Of a stretch of DNA of 64,000 nucleotides, positions 9,415-17,567 are shown piece by piece. Each line of letters starts with the position of its first letter. Within the stretch, counting starts at the first letter, position 1. The translations under genes and the position numbers were made by a program. The stretch lies in contig JAHBUD010000002.1 in the NCBI GenBank assembly GCA_019638255.1, positions 164,092 through 228,091 on the forward strand, in the 5' to 3' direction. This DNA is from Cyclobacteriaceae bacterium (GTDB lineage: Bacteria; Bacteroidota; Bacteroidia; Cytophagales; Cyclobacteriaceae). The notes beneath the pieces were generated by a model. It was not told the origin of the DNA and ran no database searches. It worked only from the letters and a program-made list of their open reading frames with translations.

Positions 9415-9993
9415 TCAAACCAACCCGGCAAATCCCATAAACGCCATGGAAAGAATGCTGGCGGTGATTAACGCAGCTGGCACGCCTTTCATATACTCCG
9501 GTAAATCGGCACCATCGAGTTGCTCACGCAAACTGGAAAACAAAATGATCGCCAAGGTAAACCCTAACGCATTGGCGATGGCGAACACAACACTTTTTAT
9601 CAGGTTTAAATCCTGTTGCACTACCAGAATGGCCACCCCAAGGATAGCGCAGTTGGTTGTAATAAGCGGAAGATAAACACCCAATGCCTGGTATAAATCG
9701 GGGCTTACTTTTTTCATGATGATTTCAACAACCTGAACTAAAAATGCGATCACCAGGATATAGGTTATGGTTTGCATATACCCGATGTGGAAAGGAACCA
9801 GCAAATAGTGCTGGACCAGGTACGTAATGATGGTGGCGATGGTCATCACAAAAATAACTGCAGCCCCCATGCCTAATGCCGTTGAAGTATTTTTAGAAAC
9901 TCCCAGAAATGGGCAGATACCCAAAAATTTCGCCAGCACAATGTTGTTGATGAATATGGCCGATACAATAATGACGAGATAATCCATAGTCAT
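9415..9993 (-). CDS. rnfA: Rnf electron transport complex subunit A
   Basis: 192-aa polytopic protein of the RnfA/NqrE type (FINNIVLAKFLGICPFLGVS). It is the last gene of the rnf string. Confidence 0.9.
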   Translation of the reverse strand: MTMDYLVIIVSAIFINNIVLAKFLGICPFLGVSKNTSTALGMGAAVIFVMTIATIITYLVQHYLLVPFHIGYMQTITYILVIAFLVQVVEIIMKKVSPDLYQALGVYLPLITTNCAILGVAILVVQQDLNLIKSVVFAIANALGFTLAIILFSSLREQLDGADLPEYMKGVPAALITASILSMAFMGFAGLV

Positions 9994-9997
9994 TCAG

Positions 9998-10609
9998 TTA
10001 ACGTTTTATTCCAGCGCTTCGGTCTTTCAACCAATTCATCAATGCGATTAAAAAACCAAGTGAAATAAAGGCACCGGGTGCCAGGATAAACACCAACATG
10101 CCATCGCCTTCCATTAACCTGAATCCGAAAATGGAAAGGCTGCCCAACAGTTCGCGGATAGCGCCCAACAGCGTAAGGGCTAATGTAAAGCCAACGCCCA
10201 TGCCTAACCCATCCACTAAACTTGAAACCACTGTGTTTCGGGATGCAAAGGCCTCCGCCCTGCCCAACACAATACAGTTCACAACAATCAATGGAATAAA
10301 TAAACCAAGCTGTTCGTGTAAAGCCGGTGTATAGGCTTCCATTAACAACTGAACCATGGTAACAAAGGAAGCGATGATAACGATGAATGCCGGAATGCGA
10401 ACTTTATCAGGAATAAAATTTTTGATGAGTGAAACCACCAGGTTCGACATCACCAAGACAAAAACTGTAGCCACACCCATACCCAAACCATTGAATGCCG
10501 ATGAGGTAACACCCAGTGTTGGGCATAACCCCAGCAACAACACAAATACCGGGTTTTCCTTTACTAAACCTTTTATAAAATTTTCCTTATGACTCGTGTT
10601 ACTCATCAT
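9998..10609 (-). CDS. rnfE: Rnf electron transport complex subunit E
   Basis: 203-aa RnfE/NqrD-type protein (ENPVFVLLLGLCPTLGVT). Confidence 0.9.
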   Translation of the reverse strand: MMSNTSHKENFIKGLVKENPVFVLLLGLCPTLGVTSSAFNGLGMGVATVFVLVMSNLVVSLIKNFIPDKVRIPAFIVIIASFVTMVQLLMEAYTPALHEQLGLFIPLIVVNCIVLGRAEAFASRNTVVSSLVDGLGMGVGFTLALTLLGAIRELLGSLSIFGFRLMEGDGMLVFILAPGAFISLGFLIALMNWLKDRSAGIKR

Positions 10610-11180
10610 GTTTTACAGATTGAAAAGTTTCATAGGCCATTTGCACCGATTCGGAGAAGGCACGCGAACTGATGGTTGCACCGGTTATCGCATCCACTGC
10701 TCCCCCATCCTTCTTAACCTTAAGGTTTACCTTGCCGGGATTCTTTCCATAGTATTGATTAAGAAATGAAGGCAAAGTCATTTTTGATCCCAGTCCGGGA
10801 GTTTCCTTGTGCTCAAGAACTTGGATGCGGATAATGTTGCCAGCTTTGTCAAAACCAACCATCAGCCAGATGTCGCCACTATAACCCAAACCCGATTTTG
10901 TCTTTACCGCTGTTCCGATTCGCTTACCATTTCGCGTAGCAGGAAAAAATTCAAGGCTGTCTTTTCCATCCAATGTAACCACTTTATATTTTTCGGTTAC
11001 CGGATTATTATCATACCCTTCCACAACCGCCTCAATCGCTTTGAGCTGCCTCGCCATTTGTGCTTTGGCTATGGGTTCTTTGGTCCAATCAAAAACAAAA
11101 CCCAGTGACAGCGATCCTACAAAGGTGATTACCGCCAGGGTAACAATCAGATTGACAAATGATGATTTAGTTTTTGCCAT
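10599..11180 (-). CDS. rnfG: Rnf electron transport complex subunit G (FMN-binding)
   Basis: 193 aa with an N-terminal anchor and the covalent-FMN motif region DAITGATISSRA. Confidence 0.9.
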   Translation of the reverse strand: MAKTKSSFVNLIVTLAVITFVGSLSLGFVFDWTKEPIAKAQMARQLKAIEAVVEGYDNNPVTEKYKVVTLDGKDSLEFFPATRNGKRIGTAVKTKSGLGYSGDIWLMVGFDKAGNIIRIQVLEHKETPGLGSKMTLPSFLNQYYGKNPGKVNLKVKKDGGAVDAITGATISSRAFSESVQMAYETFQSVKHDE

Positions 11181-11181
11181 A

Positions 11182-12225
11182 CTACTTCGTTGAAGTCAAC
11201 TCTTTTTCAAGTTTTTCCTGATACGCTTTATGCCGTTGGGATTTAGATCCATAACGAGGTTGTTTCGCATACGAATTAATTATGGGCACAAAAGCATTCA
11301 TTATTAAAATAGCGAACGAAACGCCTTCCGGATAACTGCCGAATAAACGAATCACCACGGTTAGCACACCAATACCAACACCAAATACAATCATACCCCG
11401 ATGTGTAAAAGGTGATGTTACATAGTCGGTTGCCATAAATACAGCCCCTAACATGACGCCCCCTGTTAACAAATGAAACAATGGATTTGCAAAACGTGTG
11501 GGATCAACCAGCCAGAAAATCCCTGTCATCAAAGCAATTGTAATGAGCATAGAAACAGGGATATGCCAGGTGATAATTTTACGATAAAGCATGTAAATCA
11601 ATCCCAACAAAATCGCGAAGGCAGACATCTCCCCTAAACTTCCACCCTGAAGTCCAAAAAAGAAATCTGCATAGGAAGGCATTTGGTTCATCAGTTCAGG
11701 AACTGTATCACCAGCGCGGAGTCCATCTTTCAAAATGCCCAATGGCGTTGCGCTGGTGGTGGCATCTAACGACCATGTAGCACCCGCTTTAGGCCAGGAG
11801 GTCATCTCTACAGGAAACGACAATAACAAAAAGACCCGCCCGACAAGAGCAGGATTAAATGGATTATTTCCCAAGCCACCAAAACTCATTTTACCAATAC
11901 CGATAGCCACTGCACTGCCAATTAATATTATGTGCCAGGGTAAATTGGTTGGTACATTGAAGGCGAGTAACATTCCGGTGATGACGGCTGAGCCATCGTA
12001 AATGGAAGCCGGGCGTTTTAGCAGGTAGCGGGCAATCGAATATTCTATCACCACGCAGAAAAGTATGGCCAACAACGTTACGTATACTGCGCCTAAACCA
12101 AAATTATAAACAGAAAACACCAAAGCAGGAATCATAGCGATGATTACTCCGCGCATGATCTGTGGCACGGTTAAATCCGTATGAATATGCGGTGATGGTG
12201 AAACGGTGAGAAGTCCTGCACTCAT
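11182..12225 (-). CDS. rnfD: Rnf electron transport complex subunit D
   Basis: The ORF track gives 11182-12318. The internal ATG at 12223-12225 (MSAGLLTVSPSPHIH) forms an ATGA overlap with the rnfC stop, so it is the more likely start. Polytopic RnfD/NqrB type. Confidence 0.88.
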   Translation of the reverse strand: MSAGLLTVSPSPHIHTDLTVPQIMRGVIIAMIPALVFSVYNFGLGAVYVTLLAILFCVVIEYSIARYLLKRPASIYDGSAVITGMLLAFNVPTNLPWHIILIGSAVAIGIGKMSFGGLGNNPFNPALVGRVFLLLSFPVEMTSWPKAGATWSLDATTSATPLGILKDGLRAGDTVPELMNQMPSYADFFFGLQGGSLGEMSAFAILLGLIYMLYRKIITWHIPVSMLITIALMTGIFWLVDPTRFANPLFHLLTGGVMLGAVFMATDYVTSPFTHRGMIVFGVGIGVLTVVIRLFGSYPEGVSFAILIMNAFVPIINSYAKQPRYGSKSQRHKAYQEKLEKELTSTK

Positions 12226-13562
12226 ACGCTTTTCTGTTTTTTGAGCTGTGTTTTGCCTAATCGGATGTAATCCAGTATCGGGCGATTGGAAGGACAAACA
12301 AACGAACAGGATCCGCATTCAATACAATCCAGAATATGTTCCTCCTTAGCACGTTTATTATTTCCTTTTTTCGACATGATCAACAACCGGTATGGTTCAA
12401 GTCCCATCGGGCAGGCTTCAATACACTTTCCACAATGCACACAGTTATACACTTCAGATCGGCTTGCTTCATCTTTGGGGATAAGCAAAATACCTGATGT
12501 TCCTTTCGCTATGGGTACATCCAGATCGGCAATGGCTTTGCCCATCATGGGGCCACCACTAACAATCTTGCCGGTATCTTCCGGTACACCACCTGCAGCA
12601 ATCAGTAAATCGATAACCGGTGTACCAATCCGTACCAGAAAATTTGAAGGTTGTTTTACCGACTTACCGGTAACGGTGACTACCCTTTCGATGAGTGGTT
12701 TATTCTTTTGTACGGCCTCATAAACGGCATAGGTGGTTCCCACATTGTGAACGATAACCCCAACATCTGCCGGCAAACCACCCGAAGGTACTTCACGGTT
12801 CAGCAAGGCTTGAATCAATTGCTTCTCGCCCCCTTGAGGATAGTGTACTTCTAGCGCTTCTACACCTATGTGTTTTTCATTTTTCAATAGCTGTTGAAAA
12901 ATTTCAATGGCGTCTGCTTTATTATCTTCAATGCCAATAATGGCTTTCTGAACACCCAAAGCCTTCATCAGAATTTTTATACCAACAATAATTTCCTTTG
13001 GCTTCTCCAGCATCACGCGATGGTCAGCCGTGAGGTATGGTTCACACTCGACACCATTAATCAGTAAATGATCAATGTGTTTGCCCTCGGGTACACTTAG
13101 CTTAACATGTGATGGGAAAGCGGCACCACCCATTCCTACTACCCCAGCTTCCATTATGCGGGATACAATTTCTTTTGGGCTGAATTTAATTTCTTCAACA
13201 AGTGTATCCGTTCTGTCAATGGCCTCTTCCCAATCATCACCCTTTACACGGATATTAACAGCGGTGTGTTTAAACCCGGTACTGTCCATTACTTCTTCAA
13301 TCACACCGATACGACCCGAAACAGAGGAATGAATATTGGAGGAAACAAAGCCTTCATGGGTGGCAAGGATTTGCCCGGTTTTTACAATATCACCCCGCTG
13401 GACTACAATTTTTGCCGGTGCCCCGATATGCTGAATGATGGGTATGGTGACCATCTTAGGTAAAGACAATGGTGTAATGGCTACCTGTGCAGAAAGCTTG
13501 TTATCGTGGGGATGAATTCCTCCGGTTTTAAAGGTTTTATGCTTGTTTAGTCGCATCGCCAT
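12222..13562 (-). CDS. rnfC: Rnf electron transport complex subunit C (NADH-binding, 2x[4Fe-4S])
   Basis: 446 aa. It has two ferredoxin motifs, CVHCGKCIEACP and CIECGSCSFVCP, and the GMGGAAFP motif. Confidence 0.92.
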   Translation of the reverse strand: MAMRLNKHKTFKTGGIHPHDNKLSAQVAITPLSLPKMVTIPIIQHIGAPAKIVVQRGDIVKTGQILATHEGFVSSNIHSSVSGRIGVIEEVMDSTGFKHTAVNIRVKGDDWEEAIDRTDTLVEEIKFSPKEIVSRIMEAGVVGMGGAAFPSHVKLSVPEGKHIDHLLINGVECEPYLTADHRVMLEKPKEIIVGIKILMKALGVQKAIIGIEDNKADAIEIFQQLLKNEKHIGVEALEVHYPQGGEKQLIQALLNREVPSGGLPADVGVIVHNVGTTYAVYEAVQKNKPLIERVVTVTGKSVKQPSNFLVRIGTPVIDLLIAAGGVPEDTGKIVSGGPMMGKAIADLDVPIAKGTSGILLIPKDEASRSEVYNCVHCGKCIEACPMGLEPYRLLIMSKKGNNKRAKEEHILDCIECGSCSFVCPSNRPILDYIRLGKTQLKKQKSV

Positions 13563-14481
13563 TTTGTTGTTGGGCAGCCTGGGCTGCTAATTTTTCTTCT
13601 TCCTTTTTTTTACGTGCACGTTCTTCCAACCGAATTCTATGATCCGTAGCATGCTTGATTTTTTCATCGGGTACGTTAGCAGTAATGATGTTGCGCACAT
13701 CGCAGGTCTCCACACACTCCAGGCATAAGGTGCATTTCTCCGGATCAATAGCGGCCAGACTATTATTTATGGTAATAGCATCATACCGGCAAGCTTCGAA
13801 ACACTTCGCACAGCCGGAACATGCCACTGCACACTCTTTGCGTGCCGTACTGCCTTTCTCTTCATTGAGGCAAGCCACAAAAATGCGTTTGTTCTTTTTG
13901 CCTTTTGGCCAGAGTTCAAGAATATTTTTCGGACATTCCTTTACACAAGCATTGCAGGCTGTACAGTTATCTTCTATAACTACAGGCAGGCCAGTCTTCT
14001 CGTCCATGTACATGGCTTCGAAGTCGCACACATCAACACAATCGCCCATGCCCAGGCATCCGTAGGCGCAACCGGTATCACCACTGTAAAGGGTAGCGGC
14101 AATTTTACATGATTCCGCCCCATCATAGATGCTTGTTTTCTTGCGATGCTCAAATGAACCGGAGCAACGAACAACAGCAATGTAGGGATCGCGTTCTACC
14201 GCTGCGATGCCAAGAATTTCCGCCACTTGCTTCATCACCGCATTGCCGCCAACTGGACAGTGCAGCTCCTTTAAACTTTCGGCATCAACCACAGCCTTGG
14301 CAAAAGCCTTGCAACCGGGTTGTCCGCAACCTCCACAATTGGTGTTGGGTAATACATTTTCTACCGCACCAATACGCTCATCTTCTACCACCTGAAATTT
14401 TTGTGAAACGAGGTAGATGATGGCCGCTGCGAAAATTCCAAGCCCTGTTAAAATCAGTACGGTATTTAATAACACGGTCAT
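13537..14481 (-). CDS. rnfB: Rnf electron transport complex subunit B (polyferredoxin)
   Basis: 314 aa with an N-terminal anchor, CGGCGQPGC, and several CxxCxxCxxxC(P) motifs. Confidence 0.9.
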   Translation of the reverse strand: MTVLLNTVLILTGLGIFAAAIIYLVSQKFQVVEDERIGAVENVLPNTNCGGCGQPGCKAFAKAVVDAESLKELHCPVGGNAVMKQVAEILGIAAVERDPYIAVVRCSGSFEHRKKTSIYDGAESCKIAATLYSGDTGCAYGCLGMGDCVDVCDFEAMYMDEKTGLPVVIEDNCTACNACVKECPKNILELWPKGKKNKRIFVACLNEEKGSTARKECAVACSGCAKCFEACRYDAITINNSLAAIDPEKCTLCLECVETCDVRNIITANVPDEKIKHATDHRIRLEERARKKKEEEKLAAQAAQQQNGDATKQA

Positions 14482-14909
14482 CGCTTTAGGACTTCAAATT
14501 TGCAGGATTGATTAAAACGCTGGCGGATTAGATAGAGCATGCTGTAGTAGGGCACCAATACCAATACGGCCACAAGCCCGGCAACACCTTCATGAACATG
14601 GAAGGCCAGTGCCGTTATCATCGATGCCATAATCAATACGAAAGGTAAAGTATACATCCATGCTACCGCTGTAAAGCCTGCTGATGGTTTCATGCGTACC
14701 AGCACTTCATCACCAACCTGAAAGGTGTAGTCGGCACAAGGCACCTCCACCTCTCGTTGGGAAATATCGCGCAGCATGCATAAACTTTTATGGCACGATG
14801 AGCAACCGCCTGACCCAACCAACGCAATCTTCATCATGCCTTGGTTGAGTGAACTGATAAATCCCGGTTGCTCAATGTAGCTGGTCATACTATTAGGCTG
14901 TAGTTTCAA
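14478..14909 (-). CDS. rseC: RseC/MucC-family (SoxR-reducing-system) small membrane protein
   Basis: 143 aa. An N-terminal Cys cluster (GGCSSCHKSLC) is followed by two TM helices. The position directly upstream of rnfB is typical. An alternative start at 14888 (MTSYIEQPG) is possible. Confidence 0.7.
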   Translation of the reverse strand: MKLQPNSMTSYIEQPGFISSLNQGMMKIALVGSGGCSSCHKSLCMLRDISQREVEVPCADYTFQVGDEVLVRMKPSAGFTAVAWMYTLPFVLIMASMITALAFHVHEGVAGLVAVLVLVPYYSMLYLIRQRFNQSCKFEVLKR

Positions 14910-15954
14910 CTCCCATTCTCTTCCGCACTGGGTAATTGTTCAGCATCTGTAAACTGGTGCGAACAATTTCGCCCATGGTGTTGCACTTCAGAAAAGTGTC
15001 ATCACCGTAAAGTTCGGCTAATCCTTCGCGCAGCTGGTGTGTGTTCTCTATTGTCGAAAGCTCAACGTTTGCCATGGCATCCAGTAATGCCGTTAGCTGC
15101 ATCCCGGCTGCACGTACCCTGTTCAGCAGGCGCATGCGCTCCTCTTTCTGATATTGCAGCTCCAATACAACCGACATGGTTTTAAATCCCAGGTTTATGA
15201 TGGGACTATTCTCTTTAAAGAACTGCGGCATGTAAATGGTGTGGCTGCCCTCATAGCATTGCTGATCGAAATCAATAGCCCGAAGGCGGAAGTACAGCTC
15301 ATCAAAATCGGGTATAATCTCGACCACGAAGTTATCCTTGCGCATATCGCCCAATAATTGTACGAGGCAGCGCTCATTAAACTTTACAAACTCCTTGGCA
15401 ATACGAAGCGGATTGAAGGAATGATCCTCCTTAAGGTATTGATGAATAAAAGCATCGCCCGGTATGCCCTGAATATGCTCCTCGATAAACGTGTTGCCCG
15501 AGGTGAGGTAATTGATTTTGTTGGGTGACAGTTGGTGCTCCAATTCCATTCCATAGATGCGCGAAGCATCTGAACGCTTGATGTAGAAATAATCAAATAA
15601 ATCGTTAAGCTTGTTTACAATGCGTACGCGGAAAGGATGAGTGTTGGCATAAAGACAATAATCTACCCGATCGATGTATAAGTGATCAATCACTGAAGTA
15701 TCACCGGCAACTTTCAACTGTGCATAAACTTTTCGAAGAGCTTCGTGTAAATACGTCCGGTCTGATTCTGAATAAATCATGGTTTCCCAAAGTGTATCAC
15801 GACCTTGCTTATCAAACAGCGTGATGGCACCGCTTGATCGCAGTAAGTCTTGATAACTTATGGGCGCGTCAATTTCACGGTTTGTTGCAATCAGGTATTT
15901 TCTTAGCTGATCGCTAACTGGAAAGACGGGCTTTTTAAACCGGATGGCAGCCAT
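14893..15954 (-). CDS. Hypothetical protein with protein-kinase-like (RIO/Kdo-kinase-like) motif pattern
   Basis: 353-aa soluble ORF with no family I can name. It has YIKRSD, a hinge-like EEHIQGIPG, a catalytic-loop-like LGDMRKDNFVV, and a DFG-like AIDFDQ. Confidence 0.5.
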   Translation of the reverse strand: MAAIRFKKPVFPVSDQLRKYLIATNREIDAPISYQDLLRSSGAITLFDKQGRDTLWETMIYSESDRTYLHEALRKVYAQLKVAGDTSVIDHLYIDRVDYCLYANTHPFRVRIVNKLNDLFDYFYIKRSDASRIYGMELEHQLSPNKINYLTSGNTFIEEHIQGIPGDAFIHQYLKEDHSFNPLRIAKEFVKFNERCLVQLLGDMRKDNFVVEIIPDFDELYFRLRAIDFDQQCYEGSHTIYMPQFFKENSPIINLGFKTMSVVLELQYQKEERMRLLNRVRAAGMQLTALLDAMANVELSTIENTHQLREGLAELYGDDTFLKCNTMGEIVRTSLQMLNNYPVRKRMGVETTA

Positions 15955-15960
15955 AGTGCG

Positions 15961-16470
15961 CTACTGAAATTCAGATTTGATACTGGCCACCCATTTTTCA
16001 ATACGGCCTGCCGTCAGGTCTTTCTGATTGTCTTCATCGATCACAAGCCCTAAAAACTTTCCATCGTAAATACTTTTGGAGGCTTCAAAGTTGTAACCTT
16101 CCGTTGGCCACCAGCCCACCACCGTTACACCTTTGTCTTTAATGCGTTCATGGATAATACCCGGTGCATCAATAAAGGTGTCCGGATATCCATCGGCATC
16201 GCCCAGTCCAACATAGGCTATCTTTTTGCCGGCAAAATCAACATCGGCAAGCTCATCGATAAAGCTCTCCCAATCTTCCTGCAACTGGCCGATTTCCCAG
16301 GTAGGACATGCGAGAATCAGGTATGGGTAAGGTTGCATATCATCGGCTGTTGCCGAGTTTACGTTGTGCAACGCGGCTACATCTTCGCCACCGAGTTGCT
16401 TTTGAATTTCAGTAACTATACGTTCTGTGTTTCCTTCGGTAGAGCCATAAAAAATTCCAATTTTTGCCAT
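15961..16470 (-). CDS. fldA: Long-chain flavodoxin
   Basis: 169 aa with MAKIGIFYGSTEGNTE as the FMN phosphate loop, and a length typical of FldA. Confidence 0.9.
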   Translation of the reverse strand: MAKIGIFYGSTEGNTERIVTEIQKQLGGEDVAALHNVNSATADDMQPYPYLILACPTWEIGQLQEDWESFIDELADVDFAGKKIAYVGLGDADGYPDTFIDAPGIIHERIKDKGVTVVGWWPTEGYNFEASKSIYDGKFLGLVIDEDNQKDLTAGRIEKWVASIKSEFQ

Positions 16471-16509
16471 GATAATATCAATTAGGGGTTAATAATTATT
16501 TACTTCATT

Positions 16510-17556
16510 CTATTCCGCATGTTCATTCGGATCATGCAACTCACCGTGCTTCGGATGGTACTGCATAAATACTTCCGACCGCATGAGTATATCTACATAC
16601 TGTGCCCGCTTATAGGCAAACGGGTCAATCATATTTTCTTTGGATAACGCACCCTTAAAATCGTTGATGGAGGTGTATCCCTTTTTGTCCATCCATTGCT
16701 CCAGGTCATCCAGCATGGTTTCAAGCTGACTGATACCACGCTTATAGATAGCACTTACTACCTGAACGGCATCGGCTCCGGCCAACAACATTTTTACCAC
16801 ATCCGCACCGGAAAAAATTCCCGTGTTGCTGATGATGCTGGCATCAATCTTACTATACAGTAATCCGGCAAACCGTAAAGCCAGTCGGTTATCGTTTTCA
16901 CTACTGAAGTTATAGGGGAAATGATGCCCTTCCTTTTCAATATCAATATCGGGCTGGAACAAGCGGTTGAACAACACAAAACCTGAAGCACCAAGCTTAT
17001 CCATTTTTGAAATTACCGAAAGCGAATTGGTGTAAAACGGACTAAGCTTTACAATAACCGGAATACGAATGGCATGCTTTACTGCACGAAGGGTATCCAG
17101 TTGCCGCTGCACAATCGCTGCGCCATCGGCATCAAAGTCGAGTTCGCTGGCATAAAAATTCAATTCCAAAGCATCGATACCCGTTTCGGACATCTTCTGT
17201 GCATACTCCACCCACGTATCTTCATAAACACAATTCAAACTTCCGATTAAAGGAATGGAGATGGCATTTCGTGCCTGGCGCAATTTCAGCAAATGCTCAG
17301 AAGGACCACCATGTTTTAATTTTGGAAAGAATGATTCATGCTCAGCATCCCAGTTGCTGTATTTTTCATGAACATGTTCCATGTCGAGCGATTCGAGTTG
17401 AATCTGTTCCTCAAACAACGATTTATAAACGATGGCAGCAGCGCCTGCTTTTTCAAGTTTCACCAGGTTGTCCAGATCACTTACCAGGTTGCTTGCTCCA
17501 ACTACAATTGGGTTTTTTAAGGTTAACCCGCAGTATCTTGTTCTTAAGTCGGCCAT
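16510..17556 (-). CDS. Dihydroorotate dehydrogenase-like TIM-barrel flavoprotein (not a bona fide PyrD)
   Basis: 348 aa with a PyrD class 1-like N-terminus (GLTLKNPIVVGAS) and a C-terminal FMN-phosphate region (GIFSGADVVKMLLAGADAVQV). The catalytic N-x-S-C-P-N block is replaced by ELNFYASE. Confidence 0.75.
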   Translation of the reverse strand: MADLRTRYCGLTLKNPIVVGASNLVSDLDNLVKLEKAGAAAIVYKSLFEEQIQLESLDMEHVHEKYSNWDAEHESFFPKLKHGGPSEHLLKLRQARNAISIPLIGSLNCVYEDTWVEYAQKMSETGIDALELNFYASELDFDADGAAIVQRQLDTLRAVKHAIRIPVIVKLSPFYTNSLSVISKMDKLGASGFVLFNRLFQPDIDIEKEGHHFPYNFSSENDNRLALRFAGLLYSKIDASIISNTGIFSGADVVKMLLAGADAVQVVSAIYKRGISQLETMLDDLEQWMDKKGYTSINDFKGALSKENMIDPFAYKRAQYVDILMRSEVFMQYHPKHGELHDPNEHAE

Positions 17557-17567
17557 GGCTATTGCAT

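Noticed and set aside
12226-12318. N-terminal extensions of track ORFs (RnfD 12226-12318, fasciclin 33615-33698, beta-barrel protein 6113-6184, DHS-like 43861-43920)
   Set aside because: In each case an internal ATG gives a proper signal peptide or conserved N-terminus, or removes an implausible overlap with the upstream gene. The extensions are read-through of upstream sequence.
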